From Nitrospirota bacterium (lineage in GTDB: Bacteria > Nitrospirota > UBA9217), in NCBI GenBank assembly GCA_963751455.1, contig CAVVUN010000003.1, positions 374,507 through 438,506 on the forward strand: 64,000 bases of DNA, given 5' to 3'. The first letter of the stretch is position 1, and every line of letters begins with the position of its first letter. Both the position numbers and the translations under genes were made by a program. A model generated the notes under the pieces. The model had not been told where the DNA came from. It ran no database searches and saw only the letters and a list, made by a program, of their open reading frames with translations. Of this stretch, positions 1-9,029 are shown one piece after another.

Positions 1-31
1 GACTACAATCAAAATTCTGAAGGGAGACGCT

Positions 32-1060
32 ATGAGACCGAAGGACGTTATTTTAAAGGCTTTCGAAGGAGGCAAGCCGGACAGACTTCCGGTTACGCTT
101 TTCGGCGCCGGAATGTGGAGCATTAAAGATTGGGGCACCTCGTTTCAAGCTCTTTCACGGGATGCTGACAAAATGACGTCTATGCTCGTGGAAATGGCTC
201 CGAAGCTTCAGTGCGACATGGTATATCCGGGTTCCGGCTACAACAACTTCCACGCATCTGCGCTGGGCGGCAAGATCAAATTCCGCGAGATAGGCGCGCC
301 CGACCTGGAAAACCACTTCGTGTCTTCAGAGGAAGATCTTGCGAAGCTGAATTTGTCCGATCTCGATAAGGATGAGACGATCAACACTGTAAAGAAAGCT
401 CTCCGCCGGACCAAGGCGAAGATTGGTGACACCTATGTGGTAACCATGACTGCCTGGGGCCCGTTTACCCTGGGCGCGCGTCTTGTTGGAGAAGAAACCA
501 TGATGAAGGCGACATTTAAAAAACCCGCCTTTGTCGAGAAGGTAATCAACTTTGCTACCGACCTCCTGATCCATCTGTACGAGCCGATTGTTTCGGACAA
601 AACTCTCGACGTCATAAGCCTTGCCGATCCGACCGCTTCAGGTGACCTCATATCCAAAAAACAGTTCGAGAAATTCGCCGTGCCCTACCTCAAGAAATTC
701 ACGGACTGGGCAAAAGCGAAAGGCGTACATACACTTGTCCATATTTGCGGCAATACGACCGACCGGCTGGATCTTTTTCCGCTTACCGGAGCAAGCTGCA
801 TCAGTCTCGATCATAAGACCGATATAGCAAAGGCAAGGGAAACGCTCCATGGCAAGATGTGCTTCGGTGGAAATGTGGACCCCGTGAAAATCATGCTGAA
901 TGGCACGGTACAGGATGTAGAGAAGGCATGTACGGATATCATAAATGCGACCGGCAGGGACGGTGGTTTCGTTCTTATGCCGGGCTGCGACATTCCGCCG
1001 ACCGTACCCTATGACAACATCAGGAAATTCATCCAGGTGGCTCACGAGACGAAGATGTGA
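32..1060 (+). CDS. MtaA/CmuA-type (URO-D fold) methylcobamide:thiol methyltransferase
   Basis: 342 aa; GPFTL motif, Zn-ligand motif VHICG and C-terminal PGCD, GNVDP; SD agggag upstream. Confidence 0.85.
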   Translation: MRPKDVILKAFEGGKPDRLPVTLFGAGMWSIKDWGTSFQALSRDADKMTSMLVEMAPKLQCDMVYPGSGYNNFHASALGGKIKFREIGAPDLENHFVSSEEDLAKLNLSDLDKDETINTVKKALRRTKAKIGDTYVVTMTAWGPFTLGARLVGEETMMKATFKKPAFVEKVINFATDLLIHLYEPIVSDKTLDVISLADPTASGDLISKKQFEKFAVPYLKKFTDWAKAKGVHTLVHICGNTTDRLDLFPLTGASCISLDHKTDIAKARETLHGKMCFGGNVDPVKIMLNGTVQDVEKACTDIINATGRDGGFVLMPGCDIPPTVPYDNIRKFIQVAHETKM

Positions 1061-1411
1061 TCGTAACCACGGATAAACACAGGTCCGGCTTTGCCGGACA
1101 CACAGATAACAACCATGAGAAAAGAGTAAATGAAACAAAAAATTAGAGCTTGTCGTGTGTGTACTCCAGCGTACCCATTTACTATTTGTTCAATATACTT
1201 ATGCTTATCCGTGCGTTTCGCGAAGCGAAACCCGTGGTTCCAGTTTATAAATATTCCGTGTAAACCGGGTTAGAGGGCATTACAAATCGACAAGGAGGTG
1301 ACAGGCCTTAATCAGAAGTTGAAAGGAGGTCGATTCGTGGGTTTTTTAGAGGAGTTGAAAAAATTGTTTTTCCGGGCGCAAGAAGTGTCCGGGCAAAGGG
1401 AGGCAATAAAA

Positions 1412-1855
1412 ATGGCAGATAAAAAAATGACTTTAGAAGAAGTAAATGAGTACATGAAAAAGCAGTGCGGTTTTGTTCCGCGCATGTTCCAGATCATCAA
1501 CACGGTGACACCGGAACCGGGCAGGACGTTTGCAGACTTCTATGCTAGCATATTTGCCGACGGCGCGCTTTCGCGCAAAGTGAAAGAGCTGATGTTCATG
1601 GCAGGCGGCGTATCATATTGTTCGCCGCGGTGCATCATCCACGTGATCCCCGCCATCAACGCGGGTGCGACCACGGGCGAGATCTTCGAGGCCGCTTCTG
1701 TAGGCATGATCCTGGCAGGCTTCGTGCCGGGAGGCCCCGGCATACCGTACGCTTTCGAGTATGCGCTGAAATGCCTCGACATCGAGGCCAAATACCGGAA
1801 GGGCGAGAAGTGGGAGTATCTTCCTCAGCCCAAGTTCGACCACGGCGTGTTCTAA
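1412..1855 (+). CDS. Carboxymuconolactone decarboxylase/AhpD-like protein
   Basis: GALSRKVKELM...CSPRCIIH...AINAGATTGEIFEA pattern; ATG 1412 after ggagg (ORF is open from 1298). Confidence 0.75.
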   Translation: MADKKMTLEEVNEYMKKQCGFVPRMFQIINTVTPEPGRTFADFYASIFADGALSRKVKELMFMAGGVSYCSPRCIIHVIPAINAGATTGEIFEAASVGMILAGFVPGGPGIPYAFEYALKCLDIEAKYRKGEKWEYLPQPKFDHGVF

Positions 1856-1870
1856 ACTAATATCGACAGC

Positions 1871-1895
1871 GGGGGAGCGTTTCGAAGGCTCCCCC
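1871..1895 (+). terminator. Putative intrinsic terminator
   Basis: gggggagc-gtttcgaag-gctccccc hairpin followed by gttatttt. Confidence 0.55.
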
Positions 1896-1936
1896 GTTAT
1901 TTTGGAATTATCTTTGTTCATAAAAATGGCGTTGTT

Positions 1937-2013
1937 CTCACACAAAGCCACAAAGGCACAAAGAAAACAGGTTGTAATATTTTTTCCTTCGTGTCTCTGT
2001 GCCTTCGTGTGAG
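1937..2013. repeat. Inverted 9-mer array (CACAAAG family), empty copy
   Basis: ctcacacaaagccacaaaggcacaaag ... cttcgtgtctctgtgccttcgtgtgag; related copies at 7680-7797 and 14550-14653. Confidence 0.8.
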
Positions 2014-2051
2014 TCAAAACCGTCCTCGAATTTAGATTAAAGGGGCCAATC

Positions 2052-2999
2052 ATGTTTCGATTTAACAGAGAACAAAAAGTTTTTACCCTTGACGGCATCA
2101 AGATCGGCGGACAGCCGGGTGAAAACCCGCCGCTGCTGATCGCGTCCATGTTTCACAACAAGGACAGGATTTTGACGGACCGGAAGGGCAACTTCGACCG
2201 CGCAAAAGCGGTCGAGTTGATCAGGACTCAGGAAAAGCTTTCCGAGTCTACCGGGATTCCTTCCATGGTCGCCATGGTGGCCAACTCGGCAGAAGAAGCT
2301 AAGATCTACATCGATTTTTACCGCGAGACCACGAAGATGCCCTTCGGCATCGACATGTGGGTGGCAGAAAAAAGAGCGGAGGCAACCGAGTACGTCGCTC
2401 AACTGGGCCTGCAGGACCAGTTTCTGTATAACAGCATCACTCCCTGGGACAAAGACATCAAGGGTCAGGTGCAGAAGCTTAAGGACCTCGGGATCAAGCA
2501 CGTTGTGCTACAGGCCTTTGACGACAAGGACCAGTCTCCGGCCGGCCGCCTGAACTCTCTGGAGAACATCCTGGGACAGGGCGCGGACTGTTTCGAGACT
2601 ATCATAGTTGATACGTCTGTAATGAACCTGCCTGCTACGTCTTTCTCCCTGGTGGCCAACAGGCTGATCAAGGAGAAACTGGGTCTTCCCTGCGGCGGCG
2701 CCTACTCGAACGGGACGCATATGTGGCAAGCGGCGAAAACTATCTGGAGCCTGGACGGGTTCAAGGCGATGGATGCGGTCGCACAGGGCATGGCGTCGGT
2801 CCTGTGGAGCGACTTCAATTTCTACGGCCCGATAGTTACCGCGCCGCGCATTTTCCCCGCAGTAGCTGCCGCGCATATCCTGCTGAGCACGCTCATATAT
2901 CATGAAACACAGACCATGCCCGAAAGTAAAAATCTCCCGATCAAGAAGTACTTCGGGGACTTTCTGGAAAAATTGGAAGCAGGAGCAGCGAGAAAGTAG
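2052..2999 (+). CDS. MtrH-family methyl-corrinoid:pterin (H4folate/H4MPT) methyltransferase
   Basis: N-terminus MFRFNREQKVF..GIKIGGQPGENPPLLIASMF typical of MtrH; YNSI, IVDT, LPCGG..SN, YGPI motifs. Confidence 0.85.
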   Translation: MFRFNREQKVFTLDGIKIGGQPGENPPLLIASMFHNKDRILTDRKGNFDRAKAVELIRTQEKLSESTGIPSMVAMVANSAEEAKIYIDFYRETTKMPFGIDMWVAEKRAEATEYVAQLGLQDQFLYNSITPWDKDIKGQVQKLKDLGIKHVVLQAFDDKDQSPAGRLNSLENILGQGADCFETIIVDTSVMNLPATSFSLVANRLIKEKLGLPCGGAYSNGTHMWQAAKTIWSLDGFKAMDAVAQGMASVLWSDFNFYGPIVTAPRIFPAVAAAHILLSTLIYHETQTMPESKNLPIKKYFGDFLEKLEAGAARK

Positions 3000-3086
3000 C
3001 GCTCTCGCGCTATTTCAAAATGGAAAATGCAAAGTGATAATAAGTCCAATTTGCACTTTGCAATAAGTTATTGAAAAGGAGGATGC

Positions 3087-4115
3087 ATGACCACATTAAG
3101 TGCAAGAGACCGCGTGTTGAAGCTCTTCGCGGGAGAAGAGGTGGACCGGCCGCCGTGCTTCAGCGGCATGGGTAATGTAACCACCGAGGGGTTGAAGTCG
3201 CTCGGTCAGAAGTTCGCGGCCACGCATCTTGACGCAAAAATGATGGCCGCGGCCGCGGCAAGCACATTCAAGCTCTTCGGGTTCGAGTGCGGGGTCTTAC
3301 CGTTCGACCTGTGCATCGAAGCAGAGGCGTTGGGCTGCGAAATCAACGTGTATGCGCACTCTGAGGACCTTCTCTATCCTACCATCAAGAAGAAACTGAT
3401 CCACAACGAGGCTGAGATGGAAATTTCCATCCCTTCCAATATTTCCGAACGCGGCCGGGTCCCGCTGATGAGGGACGCGATCGGGCTCCTCAAGAAGGAC
3501 ATCGGCTCACAAACAGCAATCGGTTCGTACGTTCTGGGGCCTTTCACGCTGGCCGGCCAGGTAATGGAGCTGAACGACCTTCTGAAACTTTCCTTCAAAA
3601 AGCCTGACAAGATCGGCAAGCTCCTTGACCAGCTCTCCGATGTCATTATCCAGGTAGCCGGAGAGTACGAGAAGGCCGGCGTCGATTACATCACCGTGCG
3701 CGAAATGGGAGCGACTTCCGACGTTCTCTCCCCCCGCGTGTTCAAGAGCCTGATCCTGCCGTACCTGAAGAAGATCTTCGACAAGCTTACGGTGCCCAGT
3801 GTGCTGCACATATGCGGCAAAACAAACGATATCGCTCCGTTCATGGTCGAGAGCGGCGCCAGGGCAATAAGCGTGGACCAGAAGAACGACGTAGCTGAAA
3901 CAAGAAAGAAGCTTGGTCCCAAAACGCTTATCTTCGGAAACTATGACCCCTACAACGTGCTGGTTGCGGGCACGCCGGAGCAGGTTCGAGTGACGATCAA
4001 TAAATGCATGGACGACGGTGTAAGCGCCGTGTGGCCGGGATGCGACATCTGGCCTACGGTGCCGGTAGACAATTTCACAACGATGATGGATCAAGTCAGA
4101 AAGTTCAGGAGGTAA
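3087..4115 (+). CDS. Second MtaA/CmuA-type methyltransferase
   Basis: PFDLCIEAEALG, GPFTLA, LHICG and WPGCD motifs; SD aggagg. Confidence 0.88.
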   Translation: MTTLSARDRVLKLFAGEEVDRPPCFSGMGNVTTEGLKSLGQKFAATHLDAKMMAAAAASTFKLFGFECGVLPFDLCIEAEALGCEINVYAHSEDLLYPTIKKKLIHNEAEMEISIPSNISERGRVPLMRDAIGLLKKDIGSQTAIGSYVLGPFTLAGQVMELNDLLKLSFKKPDKIGKLLDQLSDVIIQVAGEYEKAGVDYITVREMGATSDVLSPRVFKSLILPYLKKIFDKLTVPSVLHICGKTNDIAPFMVESGARAISVDQKNDVAETRKKLGPKTLIFGNYDPYNVLVAGTPEQVRVTINKCMDDGVSAVWPGCDIWPTVPVDNFTTMMDQVRKFRR

Positions 4116-4118
4116 TCC

Positions 4119-4811
4119 ATGGCAACGGAAGAGAAGAAGAAGGAGCTTTTGGAGAAACTGCGGAACGCCGTTATCCAGTACGATGAAGATACGTCGAAAG
4201 AGGCCGCTCATGAAGCCCTCAAGGAGGGAATAGAGGCGAACGACGCGATTTTCAACGGCCTCGTCAGCGGTATGGTGGAGGTGGGCAAAATGTTCGAGGC
4301 CCAGGAGTATTTCGTCCCGGAGCTGCTGATGTGCGCCGACGCGCTTTATGCAGGCCTCGACATCCTGAAGCCCCATGTCACGCAGCTCGACCTCGGGGTA
4401 AAGGGGTCGGTCGTAATCGGTACGGTCGAAGGAGACGTCCATGATATCGGCAAGAACATCGTAAAGATGATGTTCGACGTTGCCGGCTTCACGGTCTATG
4501 ACCTTGGCCGCGACGTACCGCTCGATAAGTTCGTTGCCGAACAGATGCGCACTGACTCGGACCTTGTCTGCCTGTCCGCGATGATGACCACGACCATGAC
4601 GGGGATGAAAAAAGTCATCGATGACCTGCGGACCAAGAACCCGAACGTCAAGATCATGATCGGCGGCGCGCCGGTTTCGCAGGATGTGGCCGACAAGTAC
4701 GGCGCGGACGGCTATGCCAAGGATGCGACAAACGCGCTCAAGGACGCCATCAACATGGTTGCGTCCCTGAAGAAAATGAAGGATGAGGTTGAAGCAAAGA
4801 AGGCAAAATGA
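4119..4811 (+). CDS. Methyltransferase corrinoid protein (MtaC/MtbC family)
   Basis: Cap domain EYFVPELL, B12 motif GDVHDIGKNIV, SAMMTTT, IGGAP. Confidence 0.92.
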   Translation: MATEEKKKELLEKLRNAVIQYDEDTSKEAAHEALKEGIEANDAIFNGLVSGMVEVGKMFEAQEYFVPELLMCADALYAGLDILKPHVTQLDLGVKGSVVIGTVEGDVHDIGKNIVKMMFDVAGFTVYDLGRDVPLDKFVAEQMRTDSDLVCLSAMMTTTMTGMKKVIDDLRTKNPNVKIMIGGAPVSQDVADKYGADGYAKDATNALKDAINMVASLKKMKDEVEAKKAK

Positions 4812-5488
4812 AGACCGAGCTCAGAGATGAGTTGCTGAATCAGGGTGCTGCCGTCGTCGGCTTTGCGTGCCTCAAAGGCTACATGAGCGGGGAAATCAGC
4901 CATCTGGAGACGGCTGTATCCATCGGCGTGGATCGGAGATTGAACGAGAACACGCTCAGCCTGCTGATGAAGCTGCAAAAGCGAACTGTCCGAGTTCTCA
5001 AATCCCGTGGATTCCGGACGCTCGCCATACCGCCTGATTCAGACCGCAAAAAAGGCACTTTCATCTCGAAGCTTTATTCGCTCTTTAACCACAAAATGGC
5101 TGCAACCTCCGCGGGCCTGGGTTGGATAGGGAAGAACGGGCTTCTCATCAATCGCGAATTCGGCCCCCGGCTCTCGCTCGTAACAGTGCTGACCGATGCT
5201 GCAATTGATTCGGACATGCCGGTGGAACACTGCTTGTGCGGGGAGTGCAGTCTCTGCGTGCAATACTGTCCATCCCACGCCATCACGGGATCTGAATGGT
5301 CGCGCTCTTCACCCTTCGTGGAACTGGTGCGGCTGAATGCATGCAGAAGTCACAAGGCGACAAAACGGCTGACCGAGGGAAAACCGAATTGCGGTCTCTG
5401 CATCAATATCTGTCCATACGGCAGGAAGGACGATACGGCGACTAAAATAGTTAACCACGGAGACACAGAAGCACGGAGAAGAGATTAA
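4808..5488 (+). CDS. QueG/reductive-dehalogenase-like cobalamin/Fe-S protein
   Basis: HKMAATSAGLGWIGKNGLLI...GPRL, CGECSLCVQYCP and CGLCINICP; ATGA overlap with the corrinoid gene. Confidence 0.75.
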   Translation: MKTELRDELLNQGAAVVGFACLKGYMSGEISHLETAVSIGVDRRLNENTLSLLMKLQKRTVRVLKSRGFRTLAIPPDSDRKKGTFISKLYSLFNHKMAATSAGLGWIGKNGLLINREFGPRLSLVTVLTDAAIDSDMPVEHCLCGECSLCVQYCPSHAITGSEWSRSSPFVELVRLNACRSHKATKRLTEGKPNCGLCINICPYGRKDDTATKIVNHGDTEARRRD

Positions 5489-5628
5489 GTCTCTATCAAT
5501 TAAAGTCTGATATATTGTTGACGCTTCTCCCGGCGTTTCCACCTGCGGCCAGCGTTTAAGAGTGCGAAGCGCGAATGCAGGCTGTGCCTCCGTGGTGAAG
5601 CTTGATTCTTACGTTTTTTGGAGGGTTC

Positions 5629-7614
5629 ATGCTTAAGAAACATAAAGTGATATTCCAGCCTTCGGGCAGGCGCGGTGAGGTGGAGGAAGGCAAAACGATT
5701 CTCCAGGCCGCCCAGTCCCTTGGCGTCGACATTGAAGCGCTCTGCGGCAACAAGAAGGTCTGCGGCAAATGCAAGGTCCGTATCGAAGAGGGCTACTTCG
5801 AGAAGGACAACATCGATTCCGGCATGGCCCACATCTTTCCAGCAGAGCCGTCGCCTGATGAACTGAAGCACATAAAACCGCAGGACGGGCCCGGCATAAG
5901 GCTCGCCTGTCAATGCGAGGTCCGGGGAGACGTCAAGGTGTTCGTTCCCGAACGTTCGCGTGCAGGCAAGCAGGTCGTGCGCAAGGCTGCCAAAGAGCTT
6001 ACGATCAAGATCGACCCCGCGGTAAAAAAGTACAATGTCGAGCTCAAAGCGCCGACACTCCATGAGATGACGACCGGCGATTGGGAGCGGGTTCTCAAGT
6101 TCCTCGAAGAAGATTACGGCCTCAAGGACCTGACGTTCGATTATCTGGTGCTGAAGGGCCTCCAGGACGCTCTGCGCAAAGAAAGCTGGAAAGCGACTGT
6201 TACGGTCTGGATGGACAAGGAAATCGTTAAGGTCGAGCCCGCCTTTGTCGAGCCGAGCTACGGACTTGCTGTTGATATCGGCACCACGACCTGCGTCGGA
6301 TATCTCACGGACCTGAACACGGGCAAGGTCGTGAACACCGAATCCATGATGAACCCGCAGGTGCCCTACGGCGAGGACGTGATGTCGCGCATCACCTACG
6401 CCATGAGCAATCCCGGAGTCGGTCTGGAAACGATGCAAAAGGCGATCATTCAGGGCTTGAACGAAATCATCGAACGCGTGGTGAAGGATATCGCAAAGGA
6501 CGGCCCGAACCCGGGTTACGTAATCGACGACCTTACGATCGTTTTCAATACCGCGATGCATCACATCTTTCTGGGGCTGAACCCCGAGTATATCGGACGC
6601 TCGCCCTTCATCCCCGCGGTCCAGAGCTCGCTCGACATTAAGGCGCGCGATCTCGGTCTCAGGATCAATCCGGCGTCGTACATTCACGTTCTTCCGATTG
6701 AAGCCGGCTTTGTGGGCGCGGACAATGTGGGCGTCTTGATCGCGGAGGAGCCCTACAACCAGGATGAGAATGTGTTGATCATCGACATCGGGACCAACGG
6801 CGAACTTCTCCTGGGCAACCGCAACAGGGTCTGTTCTACGTCCTGCGCGACCGGCCCTGCTTTCGAGGGTGCCCAGATCAAGTTCGGCATGCGGGCTGCT
6901 CCTGGAGCGATCGAAACGGTCGAAATCGATCCGGTAACCAAGGAAGCGCGTTATAAAGTGATCGGAAGGACGGACTGGTCCGTGCCGCATCAGCAGATGA
7001 ACACGAAAGGCCTCTGCGGCTCAGGCATTATCCAGATCGTTGCGGAGATGTTCAAGGCCGGCATCATCGACAAATCCGGCAGGTTCGTAATGGACCTTGG
7101 CACTCCGCGCGTCAGGAAGGACGCCGAGGGCAGGCCCGAATACGTGCTGGCCTGGGCATCCGAGACTTCGATCGGACAGGATGTGACCGTGACCCAGGGC
7201 GACGTGCGCGCTCTCCAGCTTGCAAAAGGCGCCCTCTATACCGGAGCGAAGCTCATGATGAAAAAGCTTGGCATCACGACGCTCGATCGGGTTATCCTTG
7301 CAGGCGCTTTCGGGAGCCATATCGACCGCGAAGCGTCGCTCACGCTCGGTCTGTTTCCGGACTGCAGCCTTGACAAGGTTTACGCGGTCGGCAACGCGGC
7401 AGGCGACGGCTCTCGCATGGCGCTCCTGAATCGCGGCAAACGCAAAGAGGCAAACGATAGGGCACGATGGGTGGAATTCGTGGAGATCGCGACAGACCCC
7501 GCGTTCGAGAAGGAATTCATGATGGCGATGCATATTCCGCACATGAAGGATAAGTTCCCGAACCTGAAAGAGTTGCTCGAAAAATCCAAGAGCGCCGTCG
7601 AGATAAAAGCGTAG
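5629..7614 (+). CDS. ATP-dependent reductive activator of corrinoid proteins (RACo/RACE, ASKHA domain with N-terminal 2Fe-2S)
   Basis: CGNKKVCGKC...RLACQ ferredoxin domain; DIGTTT, DIGTNGE, GPAFEG, GLCGSG, LAGAFG, GNAAGDG motifs. Confidence 0.92.
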   Translation: MLKKHKVIFQPSGRRGEVEEGKTILQAAQSLGVDIEALCGNKKVCGKCKVRIEEGYFEKDNIDSGMAHIFPAEPSPDELKHIKPQDGPGIRLACQCEVRGDVKVFVPERSRAGKQVVRKAAKELTIKIDPAVKKYNVELKAPTLHEMTTGDWERVLKFLEEDYGLKDLTFDYLVLKGLQDALRKESWKATVTVWMDKEIVKVEPAFVEPSYGLAVDIGTTTCVGYLTDLNTGKVVNTESMMNPQVPYGEDVMSRITYAMSNPGVGLETMQKAIIQGLNEIIERVVKDIAKDGPNPGYVIDDLTIVFNTAMHHIFLGLNPEYIGRSPFIPAVQSSLDIKARDLGLRINPASYIHVLPIEAGFVGADNVGVLIAEEPYNQDENVLIIDIGTNGELLLGNRNRVCSTSCATGPAFEGAQIKFGMRAAPGAIETVEIDPVTKEARYKVIGRTDWSVPHQQMNTKGLCGSGIIQIVAEMFKAGIIDKSGRFVMDLGTPRVRKDAEGRPEYVLAWASETSIGQDVTVTQGDVRALQLAKGALYTGAKLMMKKLGITTLDRVILAGAFGSHIDREASLTLGLFPDCSLDKVYAVGNAAGDGSRMALLNRGKRKEANDRARWVEFVEIATDPAFEKEFMMAMHIPHMKDKFPNLKELLEKSKSAVEIKA

Positions 7615-7741
7615 TTCTATTGCGGATTGCGGAATGGAAGCTCATCGGTCATGTTTTTACTCAGTACCGGGATCTAATGTTCACACAAAGCCACAAAGCT
7701 TTCAAAGAATAATAAATCTTAAGTTTTTCTTCGTGTCTCTG

Positions 7742-7783
7742 CCTGCACCCAGCGATTACGAGTGCTTGCGCGAGTGCAGGGTG
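7742..7783 (+). mobile_element. 42-bp CCTGCAC...GTGCAGGGTG element inserted in a 9-mer array
   Basis: Empty site tcgtgtctctg|tgccttcgtgtgag at 1989-2013; here the same sequence is interrupted by 42 bp. Confidence 0.75.
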
Positions 7784-7852
7784 TGCCTTCGTGTGAGTTC
7801 GCTTTTTGCTTTGGGTCTGAGGCGTTGCCTCGTTAATCTCTATGTGAATATC

Positions 7853-8170
7853 ATGACAACGGTAAATATAAATACAGGGGCATGCGGGTATACTGTTACG
7901 ATAACAGCAGAAAAAGCCGCTGACGGCAAGATAAGAATTACCCTGGAAACCGAGTGTGAAATGGTCAAGAAGATGCTCGAGGACATCCAGGTCCTCGACC
8001 GTTTCACGCCCTTCAGCGGGTTTCTGAATAATCCGGTGTTCCAGTCCGCAGCGAAACATCTGAAACACCCTGCCTGTATTGTGCCTGCTGGCATTCTCAA
8101 GGCCGTCGAAGTGGAAGCGGGCTTGAATGTCGCACACGACGCGAGCATCATTTTCGAAAAGCAAAAATAA
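7853..8170 (+). CDS. Small conserved hypothetical protein (DUF6951-like, Cys/His motif)
   Basis: GACGY...ETECE...HPACIVP.GILKAVEVEAGL; start chosen at ATG 7853 because the upstream extension is repeat DNA. Confidence 0.65.
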   Translation: MTTVNINTGACGYTVTITAEKAADGKIRITLETECEMVKKMLEDIQVLDRFTPFSGFLNNPVFQSAAKHLKHPACIVPAGILKAVEVEAGLNVAHDASIIFEKQK

Positions 8171-8305
8171 TTCCCGGACCTGATGATGCGGATCATGCGC
8201 GTTCGGAAGAGCTTTTCAACTCATACCGAAATCGCTGATCATCAGGCTTCCGGTTTTATTAACTAAAGAAAAGAACCCCGGCGTGGTACAATAAAAGAGA
8301 CGATC

Positions 8306-9004
8306 ATGGGGAAAATATTGATACTGGCCGCATACAGTGTCTATGCGGCCTTCTGGGTCCGTTTTTTTTTACATGCGCTCGTCTGGTGGCGCGCACTGCA
8401 CCGGCTTGACGCCGTTGTCTCCGCGCCTCAAGCGTCGCGGTTGAAGGCTTATGCCCTTACCGGCCTGGATGTTCTGTTCCTCGGCAGACTGTTAAAAGTA
8501 AATGCCGCGCTTTGGCTCGGTGAATGGGTATTCCATGTGACCTTTTTTCTGGTCCTTGCGCGTCATCTGAGGTATTTCCTGGATCCGGTCCCGTCTTGGG
8601 TCTGGTCTGTCCAGACACCGGGCTTAGTCGCAGGCTATATTCTGCCGCTCTCATTGGCATACATTCTTCTCGTGCGGATTCTCGGAAAGCGGCAGAAGTA
8701 TGCTTCTCCCGGGAATTTTTTCCTCCTTACGATAGTGCTTATGATCAGCTCCCTCGGCGTTCTCATGAATTTCTACAAACCAAATCTCGTTGACGTAAAA
8801 CTGTTCATTCTCGGGATAATAGGCTTTTCACCGAAGCCTGCTCCTGAAAGCGTTCTGTTCATCATTCATTTTTTACTGTTTCTCGTACTCGTCCCGCTGC
8901 TCCCGACTCATATTTTTACGGCGCCGCTCGTTATGCTCGAGGCGAAAAAACGCGAGCAGGCGCTGCATCTCATAATGCACGATGCAAACGAGGCAGGCCG
9001 CTAA
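8306..9004 (+). CDS. NarI/HdrE-like membrane cytochrome b subunit
   Basis: Five hydrophobic segments; four candidate haem His (FHV, RHLRY, IHF, THIF); adjacent to a CCG-domain gene. Confidence 0.7.
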   Translation: MGKILILAAYSVYAAFWVRFFLHALVWWRALHRLDAVVSAPQASRLKAYALTGLDVLFLGRLLKVNAALWLGEWVFHVTFFLVLARHLRYFLDPVPSWVWSVQTPGLVAGYILPLSLAYILLVRILGKRQKYASPGNFFLLTIVLMISSLGVLMNFYKPNLVDVKLFILGIIGFSPKPAPESVLFIIHFLLFLVLVPLLPTHIFTAPLVMLEAKKREQALHLIMHDANEAGR

Positions 9005-9029
9005 GGAGTAGACTGACGGCCCTTACCAC

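Noticed and set aside
1061-1411. Cobalamin riboswitch upstream of the corrinoid genes
   Set aside because: No B12-box or conserved core recognised by eye; the region is mostly a 9-mer inverted array. An Rfam scan would settle it
2997-2999. Pyrrolysine read-through of TAG in the methyltransferase cluster
   Set aside because: The MtrH-like ORF is already full length, repeat DNA follows, and no methylamine methyltransferase or pyl gene is seen
7634-7852. N-terminal ORF extensions from the track (7634, 34972, 36194, 39453, 23734)
   Set aside because: They translate repeat or regulatory DNA; downstream ATGs match the expected family N-termini
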